Shown here: in pieces, positions 1 to 11,122 of the stretch | How the letters are laid out: every line of letters begins with the position of its first letter | Numbering within the stretch: the first letter of the stretch is position 1 | Assembly (NCBI GenBank): GCA_963920595.1 | Contig: OY986949.1 | Span: 5,332,001 to 5,396,000 of the forward strand | Reading direction: 5' to 3' | Length of the DNA stretch: 64,000 nucleotides | Origin: Eimeria praecox | Lineage: Eukaryota | Notes under the pieces: generated by a model | What the model was told of the DNA's origin: nothing | What the model saw: only the letters and a program-made list of their open reading frames with translations | Databases searched by the model: none | Translations under genes and position numbers: made by a program

Positions 1-692
1 TGCCTGCCGTAGGTAGCTATGGCGTAGTAACAACTGCGAAACTAGAGGTAGAATAAGTTTAATTGTTTAGCTTTTAGTTAAGAAACGCAATAAACGATAC
101 AGAAATGTTCTTTTAAGTCGCTTTCCTGCAACGGAAATACTTGCTTTAGGGCCGGTAACCTGGAGTGTACGTACACCAGGACGTGGAGCGCGTGCGCTCA
201 TAGGCAGTCTACTGTATCACTTCTACCGAGGAATAGCATATTAGGGTGGAGTTGATATTCTTTAGCACAATAGAACAAGGAATTACTCCAAGAAGCCAAC
301 AACGTTACCGGTGTGTGACAGAGATGATTCATGCGGCTTCTATTTGCATGACTTGCGCCCGACGGGCCGACTGTATGACGACAGACGTAGGAGGTGTTAT
401 GCACAAGTTAGGAGATATTTTTTGAGTTAATTTGGTGTTTTTCTCCGTAAAAGTGCTCTTTTTATATCGAGGAGATATGTCGCTAGACCACGAGGTGCTT
501 CATTCTCCCGAAAATTTCGTCTGCATTTCGTGACGGTGTTGTCAATTGGGATGGCGTTGGTGGCTATGTTGTGGTAGAAGGAGCTTTCTAACTGTGTCTA
601 TAGATGTATTTCAGTGTATGTACACTTGAATTTTGTGTATTAAACACATAAAACACGAAGAGGCTGCGGTGCGATGTATGTATTTTCAGAAG

Positions 693-1616
693 ATGCCAGG
701 CACCAAGGCAGGACAGAAGCGCCGGGGTTCGACAGATTCACCGGGGCTCGGTCCATCTCAGAAGGTGTCTCGTACTTCAGAGAAGGGAAATGCAGCAGCA
801 GCAACAGCAGCAGCAGCAGCAGCTGCTGCTGCTGCTGCTGAGAACAGCAGCAGCAACAGCACATTCGCCTTAGGACAGTTGTCAAAGCTGTCAACGATTG
901 TTGCAGACTCCGCAGATTTTGAAGCTATTAAGAAATTTAGCCCCACTGACGCTACCACTAACCCCACTCTCGTCCTCCAAGCTGTTAATAACCCTAAATA
1001 TAAACATGTGATGGAGAAAGCAATCAAGGAAGCAAAGGAAGCAACTAAGGGAAAATCTGTTGATGTTGTACGTTATAAAACACGAGAGAGTGTTTTAATG
1101 TTGGGTTTTGTGCTTGTTATCTTGTTTTATTTGTTGTGGGTATGGTGTTAGTACTTGCTATCTTGTTGTTGTTCTTCGTGTTGTTGTTGTTGCTGGTGCT
1201 GTTGTTGTTGGTGTTGTTGTTGCTGTTGCTGCTGTTTTGTTGTTTGCTGCTGTTGTTGTAAGCAGCGTTTTAATGAATATGATTATCTGTATTATCTTCT
1301 CTTTGATGCGATTATACGTAAATTATTGTTTGTTATTGTTTAGCTTTGTTTATTTTTAATTGAATGTGTTGTATCTTTGTTTGTTTTTGCGGTGTACAGA
1401 CAGTTGAAGAAGCAGTTAATCGCGTGTTGGTTTTGTTTGGAATGGAGCTGTTAGATATTATTCCTGGGCTTGTCAGTACAGAAATACCTGCAGATCTATC
1501 ATTTGATCAAGAAGGTAATTATAATAATAATTTTGTTTCTATCAATCATTAAATTAATTATATTTTGGTCTAATAGAATTGAATTGATTGCTTTAGAAGT
1601 TGGTTGTATTGTGTTA

Positions 1617-1660
<44 letters not shown>

Positions 1661-1818
1661 GATTTTTGTAGAATGGTAGAGTTATGTATCTTTATCACGA
1701 AGTTATGTTTTATTTTGTTTCTATTCACACATCTTCTCTTCCTATGAGTGGAGCTGTATAGTATATTTAGATTTGTTTTTGTAGCAAGTATATTATTTTT
1801 ATACGACGTAATTATAAT

Positions 1819-1863
<45 letters not shown>

Positions 1864-2520
1864 AAATTATTATATATATATATATATGTATATATAAATG
1901 TGCGTGTGTATATATATGTATATATATGTATATGTATATATGTTAGTTTTTATTTAAATTATTTGTATTAGTATTTGTCTTCTTCATTTTCTACCTCTTA
2001 ATAATAATACATGCATCTAATTTGTTTGTTTGTTTATGTGTAGGATCGGTTGAGCGTGCTCGTGAGATTATAAAATTGTACGAATCGAAGGGAATAGCGA
2101 GAGAACGTATTCTAATTAAGATTGCTGCAACTTGGGAGGGAATTCAAGCAGCAAAACAATTAAAAGAAGAAAATATTAATTGTAATATTACGTTGCTCTT
2201 CAGTCTCTGTCAGGTAGAAATAGCTTTTATATCTTTATTTAGGGATTTAGGGATTTAGGGTTTAGGATGCTGTTGCTGTTCTTGCTTGTTTTTTTGTAGC
2301 TTCTCAGGTGTATATACATGTAGATTTCTCTTCTGTTTGTGTTGTTTATGTGTTTCTTCCACTTACTTTATATTCGTGTTTTGCTGTTCGCCTTGGCTTA
2401 CATGCATGCATGCATGCCTGCATGCACGTGATCAGACATATATATATTTCTATATATTTCTCATATATAATATGCATGTATTCTACTTTGCCTACATATA
2501 TATATATGCATGCATTAAAA

Positions 2521-2569
<49 letters not shown>

Positions 2570-3130
2570 ATCGTTTTAATGCATGCATGCATGCATGCAT
2601 GCATGTGTTTCTGCATGCATTTATGTATGCAAACAGTTTTAAAAGGAGGTGTTTCTGTTTCTGTCTTTTTTTTGTTTTTGTTTTATATATCAGGCAATAG
2701 CAGCTAGTGATGCTGGGGCTTACTTAGTTTCTCCTTTCGTTGGTCGTATATTAGATTGGTATAAACAGAAAGAACCCAATACAACATTTTCTGGTGCTGA
2801 CGACCCGGGGGTGAAGAGTGTTACTCAAATATATAATTATTTTAAACATTTTGGAAGCAAAACTACCGTCATGGCTGCCTCATTCAGAAATACAGGTGCT
2901 TTTATATCTATTATTATCATCTATCTATATCTTGTTATGAACATAACTTCAATGATAGCAATCTCTTCTTTGATACGAAGGCTCGTTTTGTTTTGTTTTG
3001 TTTTGTTTTTTATTTATATTCTCATTTTTATTATTTATTTTATTTGCCTGAAGATGGTGACATTTCAGAGAATGTATGAAAAGAAAAAGTGCACGAGGTG
3101 TTTTGTGTCTGTTCAACTTTTCTTGTATTG

Positions 3131-3165
<35 letters not shown>

Positions 3166-3644
3166 TGTCTATGAGGTTTTTATTCTTTTGTTTATATCTT
3201 TTGTGTTTTTTACTTGTTATTTTTTGTTAATGTTATGTATTGTTGCATGTATGCATGCGTTATCAGCATTATTTGCTTGCGGTGATGTTGGGTTTATTTG
3301 TGTTCTAAAGATCGAGAAAGTTTGTATATTTTGTTGTTTTGTTGTTTTTGTTGTATTGGTGTTTGTTGAACTCAGACGAAATTCTACATTTAGCTGGCTG
3401 TGATAAGTTAACGATATCTCCAAAGTTATTAGAGGAATTGAGCAAACTAGATAAAGAGGTAACGCCTCGACTGTCTGTACAATCAGCAAAGAAGGAGAAA
3501 ATACATAAAATTGATATGACGGAGAAAACATTCCGATGGATGTTAAATGAAGATCCTATGGCAACAGAAAAACTAGCAGAAGGTATTCGCAATTTCTCAT
3601 CGGATATGAAGAAACTAAAGGATTTGATTCGCGAACAATTATAA
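693..3644 (+). CDS. TAL: Transaldolase (class I); exons 693-1067, 1400-1514, 2044-2213, 2694-2895, 3376-3644
   Basis: Motifs [28 protein letters not shown] (Schiff-base Lys), [31 protein letters not shown] and EKLAEGIR. All four introns are GT-AG with matching phases (0,1,0,1). Confidence 0.97.
792..860 (+). repeat. GCA/GCT trinucleotide repeat encoding a poly-Ala/Ser homopolymer in the transaldolase N-terminus
   Basis: gcagcagcagcaacagcagcagcagcagcagctgctgct... is in frame in exon 1, typical of Eimeria homopolymeric amino-acid repeats. Confidence 0.9.
1162..1260. repeat. Degenerate (GTT/GCT)n intronic microsatellite
   Basis: Seen directly in transaldolase intron 1. Confidence 0.85.
1616..1940. 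repeat. (TAT)n and (TA)n microsatellites in transaldolase intron 2
   Basis: (TAT)n at ~1616-1660; (TA)n at ~1823-1860 with degenerate continuation. Confidence 0.9.
2238..2267 (+). repeat. Interstitial telomere-like heptamers (TTTAGGG x~4)
   Basis: tttaggg-a-tttaggg-a-tttaggg-tttagga just after the donor of transaldolase intron 3. Confidence 0.85.
2401..2620. repeat. (TGCA)n / TGCATGCA arrays flanking a (TA)n run
   Basis: catgcatgcatgcatgc at 2401 and gcatgcatgcatgcatgcatgcatg at 2581. TGCATGCA is a known abundant apicomplexan non-coding motif. Confidence 0.85.
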
Positions 3645-4550
3645 ATTAGGATCATATATCAACAATCAAAACAATAATAATAATAATATTAATATTAATA
3701 ATATTAAAACAATAATAAATAAGTATTATTGTATGCCGTTATTTATTATTTTACTTTGCAACAGTTGAATCGCATTTCAACATCCTGCAAATTCAGCTGT
3801 TTTTCAGAAACGGCAATCGAGAGAGAAAACAAAGAAAAACCCGGGGGTATTTTAGGTCTTTTGTTTATAGCAACGATATTTAACTCTATTTAGCTATTCA
3901 GAACATTTGTATTAATATTCTATTCTGTTCGATATAGTCTGGCTTGTAGGATCTGAAAGCAGCATCAAGTCGTATACACCTTATAATATAAATATGGGTT
4001 TCTGTTGTTGTTATGTTGAACTGTATTGATATATCACGTTATAATATAGTTTTATATATTATATTGTGTAGAGTTGTATGCATGCATGAGTATTTCGACT
4101 TCAAATAAATATTGAATAGGCAGTAGGAGAAGGCTAGTGACAGGCTCGATCAGGGGCTTCCTGTAGACAAGGGGTTTAATTGTTATTGAGTTAGCTAGAT
4201 TGTTGTATACTAACGAATGTGAGAGTGAAATCAACCAAAGATAGAAGGAAAGTAGAAGGAGAGCAAGGGCACGAGAGAATAGCTTGGATCGTCTATGCAG
4301 AGAAGAGGAATAGTCATACGATATGTTTTGTTGAATATTTATTTAACATTCCCCTTCTTACCAAATGTAAGACGGGCTTAAAATCGAATTCTCTAGGTGT
4401 ATATACACCTGAGCGGGGCTGGCTAGCCAGCTAGCCAGTTGATGTTGAGGGTATTAGGGAGATATTCGCCTAGTTAGTTCTATGTGTTCCGTCTGCGAGC
4501 CAGGAATCGAGCGATATAAACCTACTTCGCTAGTTGGTTTGGTTATTATC

Positions 4551-4740
4551 TAGATAGATAGCTAGCTGGCTAGATAGGTAAGTAGCTAGCTAGGTAGGTA
4601 GCTAGCTGGCTAGCTAGCTATTTAGCCAGCTAGCTAGCTAACTAGCTCGTGTAAAGTAGGCTATTTGGTTAGTCCGTTAGTCGGCTACTTGTTACCTAGC
4701 TAGCTAGCTAGCTAGCTAGCTAGGTAGCTAGCTAGCTGCT
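4551..4740. repeat. Degenerate (TAGC)n / AGCT tetranucleotide array
   Basis: tagctagctagc... runs interspersed with TAGG/TAGA/TGGC variants. Confidence 0.85.
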
Positions 4741-4935
4741 GTTGCACTGCCGGTTTTGTTTATCTTCCAGTTTATCTTTAGTCTGTGTGGGTTAAACTAA
4801 GAAGAGCAAATTGAAGAGGATAGCAGAAGACAGAATGAGGTGGAGCTGAGAGGCTCTGCAGCAGACAGGTTGTCGGCCTCTCATCTATGTTTATCTATCT
4901 TTATATCTATATCTCTAGCTATATCTATACCTATT

Positions 4936-5675
<740 letters not shown>

Positions 5676-5814
5676 TAGGATTTGTATTGTATTGTATTTA
5701 GTTTATACTGACTGAGTGTGAGCATCCCCCTCACTCACTCAGTATCTAAACAAATACAATAGAATACCAATAGATAAGATAATATTATCTTATTCTTAAT
5801 CCCCTATATTAATT

Positions 5815-6015
5815 TTAAAGATCTTTCTCTTCTCTTAGAATTCTCTCAAGCTCATCAAGCGCACTCGTTACATCTAACGCTGTATCTAGATCAAGGTAGG
5901 GGCCTAAGCTCATTGCAAACCCCCTTCTATCCTGTTGTCGGGACAGATAGTCCCTGCCTGCTCGTCCTATTCCCTCTCTTGCTCTTGTGGCTGCTGCTGC
6001 ACCTGCTGCTGCTGA

Positions 6016-6052
<37 letters not shown>

Positions 6053-6504
6053 TCTTCCACTGCCGAAGGGGAAGGCGGCGGCTTTCTCAACGTCATTATA
6101 CCAACAAGCAGAGTCAAAAACGCGCAAAATGAAAACCCCAGGCGAAATGGCCATCTACTCACAATCTTCTTGTGAGGGGCCCCCACTATTACTTTCTCCT
6201 GGGGGCCCCCTTCAATATTATAGAGGGGGGCCTCCCCTTCGTTGTTTGTATGGGGTACCTCTGCAGCGTTCTCAGACAAAAACCAAACATCTGCATCTTC
6301 TGTAGGTTCTAAATCCTCTGTATCTAAGGATGTTGCATGCATTGCAGTGTACGTATCCCAAGATGCAGCGGATTCAGCATAAGATGCTGGAGATATATCT
6401 GTATGCGTGGAGGCATCACGCAAACCTATAAGATTATCTTCTGTTGCTGCTGCATGCGTTGCTTCGTCCCGTCCTCCTGAAGCCCCTATAAGACCCTCCA
6501 TCAT
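5815..6504 (-). CDS. Hypothetical single-pass membrane protein (229 aa ORF; may have further 3' exons)
   Basis: ATG-initiated, GC-richer ORF in an AT-rich background. Acidic N-terminus, one hydrophobic segment (WPFRLGFSFCAFLTLLVGIMTL) and a poly-Ala run. Confidence 0.7.
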
Positions 6505-7506
6505 GGTGCATATAGGCGAACAGGTGAGGGCAAGATATTATTAAATGAGGCTCCAGAAGGACTCACAGACAGAGCCAGACAGCTCGAGTATGAGGGCTGC
6601 TGCTAAACATTTGCAGCCGTCTTGTGGTGTGTTTCATTCAATTAGGAAACCGAAGCGAAACACCTTGAGCTGCATCTCCTTAGGTGTTCTAATTGTTTAT
6701 GCTGTACGAAGAACACCTTCTTACCGATGAATCCATTCTTGCGGCATCGCATGGCCAGATATATATATATTACCTGCAGCAGCCAACGGGGTGCCTCTTC
6801 TGAATTTCAAGCTTTAGAAGGAAGTCTCCACGAAACAAAACAATAAAAAATGTTATTAAAAGAAGAATTTCACTTGTGAGTTGCAAATTGTCTCGACAGA
6901 AAACCGACAACAGCGATCGTTGAGCCCCTCCAACGACGTCGAAGCCCTACCATCCATGCAGGCCTTCTGGAGCTTATTTATGTGTTTCAAAGCGAAAACA
7001 GGGAGAAAGTTAGGATATTTTATTACGTTTCTGCTTTGTATTTCTAAATCAAACAGAAACATTCAGTTACACTCAAAGGAAATATTGAAGATTCTAGTCG
7101 CAATTTCGCTGCCGTGTGCCGAGCGTTCACCGCCGCATGCGAGTGTACATCCACCTCACTTTGATCGTAGGCCGTTTAGGTTTTGTCTACGATAAATTAA
7201 ATTTTCCATATATATGTATACACATACAGAATACGAACACCGTTGTTTTCCTCTCCCCCACGAGACGCTACACCCGTGCGGGTATGTTCAGATTGTACAT
7301 AGTGGAGTGAACGTGCTTGTTATATTTGTGTTTCGTGGCTTTTCGTGTTTTGTAATTTGTTGGTTTCATCATTTTAATATGAAAACTGACATTTTATCCG
7401 GTGTACCAGCGACTCGTATCCCCGAGACAGGATTCATCTGGTTTAAGAACAAACAACCAACATAGACAGCATCAACATTAACCCAAGCATCATTTGCACA
7501 GATTGA

Positions 7507-9106
7507 CTACAGTCCTGTGTCGATAGTAATTTTAACTATCCATGTTTCAGATAGTGACGATAGATATAGAAAGAATGCGATTGAGGTCAATATGAGCATT
7601 TTTAAGAGAATTGCGGTTGACTGTGTTTGCTGTTTCTTTGAACTTTCTCTGTCTTTCTCTATTATTTCTCCTAAGCATTTCCTTTGCATGCTCAATCTAC
7701 ATAAAGATTTATATAGTCCACGTTGGTTTCTGTTGGTGAAAGGGGTCTTTAACGATTATCTACGGTGCTACTGCATGCAGCAAGAGGGGGGCTTTAAGGT
7801 CTCCTGCTCGCATTTGGGGCTGCTTTGCAGCAGAAACTGAAACGAGAGGGATCTCCTACACTCCATACAAAATTCGCTACCTCCATTTCTCCCTAAGACC
7901 CCAGTCTGTAGGGTACAGTGTGCACACATCTAAAGTAATTCGTTCATGTTCTGCACTAAGCAGTATGAACTGCTTAGAGTGAAACAGAGTCGAAGGCTTC
8001 CCTCTCAGGCTTCGACTCTGTTTCACTCTAGTTACAATTTGTTGGCTTGCTAACAAGTTAAGAGATAAGCTTTAGAACATGAATAGCCAAAACTGAAAAT
8101 GGGGATCTCCTACAAAGTGGAAGGATACAGCATCATACGCAGATACTGCTTTAAGAACATGTGTGGCAAGCAGTCATGTTTGGCTGTGTATCTGCATCTC
8201 TTGATTCAACAATCACAATTGAACAACACCATAAAATGATGCTCTGATATATTTATGTATGAATTTGACTTGAACAGTGATAGCAGGTTATATACATGAG
8301 AAGTGAGGGGAAGGAGAAAACAACATATATCAGTAAACCGTAAACAACCCCAGCAGCATTTGATCCCTTTTCTATACAAAACTTGAATTTAAAAATTGTT
8401 AATATAAAATATTTTCTCATGGTTTGATAGATTAGAGAGTCAAAAGCCATCATCCTGTTTATTGCTGCTATTACTTGACACCTGATCTCCCTCTACCGCA
8501 AGCTGAAAGCAGAGAATGATTTAATTCCCCCTTCTGAGTTTTAAACCATTTTAATAAATGGATTGAATTTTCTAATAAATTTAACACATTTTGCTGGTTT
8601 TTCTTGTCTACAGCCTCCTGCATATTAAGCTGCAAAATATCGCTCGCCCACATCCGTCAGAGTTATTTCTTCATATCCCAGCCAATGTTTGTTCTAGATA
8701 CAGCCAAATGAACTACATTTCTTGTTTTATATACTGCATTTCTTTGCTAAGTACATTGTTTTGCAACTATGATGTTCATCTCCCTCTCCCCGTATTGCCT
8801 GTCAGCAAGAGTAGGAGATAGCATTGTGACATCAGCAGTTTTTTCTTGAAATGCATGTATATGGGGGTTGATGAGAGTGGTGTTTATAGCGCAGCTTTTG
8901 CGATTTTGTGGGTTCTTGTTTTTAATGTGTTAACTACTTGATCTGTTTTCCTCTCCTGTCTGCATGTTGTCGATAAACGTGAGGTGGGCAGGAAGAAATT
9001 GTCGGCCTGCAGCTAAAGAGAGAGCGCCTCTGTTTGTAAGGAGTCCGTTGTTGCTGATATCAATCTGAAAGCAAGTTTAATATGTATATAGGACGGAGTA
9101 TCCTTA

Positions 9107-9199
<93 letters not shown>

Positions 9200-11122
9200 G
9201 TGGGAAATGGAAGTAGGCAAACAAACACAACAACAATTCCAACGAGAAGATAAATAATCAACAAGAGTACTGCTATTGCTTTCTCCTGCGGTGGTTTTGT
9301 TCCTGTTTATTTTTAAGCATCACCACTGTGCAATAACGGTAACAATTATACACACATATGACCCCCCCCCCCCAATTTTAACGTTTGCTAAGCATTTGTT
9401 TATTTACTGTATATTTGTCTTCACTAGATTGCTTGTATGCTGTTGTGTCAAGCAGTTTACTTAGTATGTTTATATGTAATGGCTTTTGTCTCTTTCTGCC
9501 TCGGGCTGCTTATTTGCCTAACTTCTGTCGCTTCTTGTAGTGTAGTATTATATAAATAATAATATATTATTATTTATATCTGCGTATCGTCAATACACTT
9601 TTTCCTATGCTTCCTGTACGCTGGTTTTTCTGTTTCTTTGCTTAACCAACTTTAATTGCAGCCCCCCTACATATAGATATACGTGTATACCCATTTTAAA
9701 ATGTGTATGTTGATGGTGATATTTATTTTTTTTCTGGGTTTATACTTGATTTACTTCCATCGCTTACTTTCAGTGGATTGCCTTCGCTTTTGTTTTTTAG
9801 TTGAGCCGCTACACATATCAAACGCGAAAGAAATGAATCTGTCATGCTTACGTTTTGCAAAGACAGCTCCTGAGGCATACAACAACACAAAATGAACCTA
9901 CTAGCATTCTTTAAGGGATGTATACCATCTGCAATATCAATAACCCTACTTGGCTGCCTCCTACCCTTAGCATGAAGTAGGTTCTTTGTGGTTTTGTATC
10001 ATCATTTATTGACAGGGTTTCTGTCATTTATTGTATACAATTTGTAAACATCATCGCCTTGTTACAGCATCGGCAGAACTGCGCTGAATCACATTATTTA
10101 GTTTGTTTACACTTTCAGTAATACATGTTTGCTTTGTTGAGCAAATTTGCTGATGGAGTCTTTAGTAGATGAATCTGCCTCGAATTCATTGAAATGCAGG
10201 TACAACAGTCAACTAATTAAATGGTTGCAGGATGTGTAGAAAAACTGTAAGGCTTTATTCGCATGCAGCAATCAAGTCAGTTGTAGCACAAGACGTTTGA
10301 TGAAGTTGAAGATCGAATAGCCTTTGCCGATTTGTTGCTTGCCTGTAAATGTGTTGCATTTAACAGAATGTTGCTAATAGGAACAATAGAGGCTTCTCCT
10401 AAGGCATTATCGTCAAGATATATTGATTTGAGTCGCTTCATACAATCTGCCTTTTGCCATTTCTCTCTGCATAAACAAACTGGCGGCAGCTTAGTTTGCA
10501 AACAAAGTAGATAATGAAGAAAATGAACATATAAGAAGACAAAGAAGGCCCAAGAATACATTGAAAAGAACAAGAAAGAGCAGATTGATGACTAATTGAT
10601 GGATAGCAACGTTATGCACGACCAGCAATAAACAGTTCCAGAAAGCATGTAGGAGGGTGTCAGCTAACAAAAAGAAGAGGAAAAGAGACTTGCAACGGAA
10701 TACATAACCTTGGGAGACCGTAGGTGAGAAGTGCAAGCAAATGATGAATGAATGGGAAACGCAGACAAACAATATTAATACAGGGAGAGAGACTAACAGC
10801 ACACAGTCTGCAACAGTAAAGAGCTAGTGCCAGTTCTGTAGACATACACAATCTGAGTGAGGAGTTCTGCCGTCAAGTCTACGTTGACGAGTTCCACAGA
10901 TATGAATTTATCTTCGTCTTGTACGAATGCATGCAATGCTTCATCATTGTTTGCAAATTCTTTTTCTTGTTCTGCCAGAATATCTGGCGAATTCTCTTCC
11001 TCTTCTGGAGGGGAATTAGATAAGGCATTTTCTGTCTTTAACAAAGAAGCCGACAAACATCGTTTTTGATTTCCCGGAAGTAAATGCACTTCAGAAAATT
11101 TTCGTGTTCGCTGGCTTTCCAT
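7507..11122 (-). CDS. Putative multi-exon leucine-rich-repeat protein with C-terminal hydrophobic segment (exon structure incomplete)
   Basis: Minus-strand fragments: MESQRTRKF...FISVELVNVDLTAELL (11122-10850); LKSIYLDDNALGEASIVPISNILL (LRR consensus, ~10430-10345); LYLHFNEF (~10200); DILQLNMQEAVDKKNQQNVLNLLEN (~8640-8530); ILLKMLILTSIAFFLYLS near the stop at 7507. Confidence 0.55.
7975..8030. repeat. Perfect 21-bp inverted repeat with 14-nt loop
   Basis: TAGAGTGAAACAGAGTCGAAG (7975-7995) pairs with CTTCGACTCTGTTTCACTCTA (8010-8030). Confidence 0.95.
9109..9196. repeat. (TA)n microsatellite
   Basis: Uninterrupted TA run. Confidence 0.95.

Noticed and set aside
2238..2267. Chromosome end / true telomere
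   Set aside because: Only ~4 degenerate units inside an intron; interstitial copies are expected in this lineage.
7950..8030. Hammerhead ribozyme (stem-GAAAC-stem-GUU pattern)
   Set aside because: The required CUGANGA core is absent.
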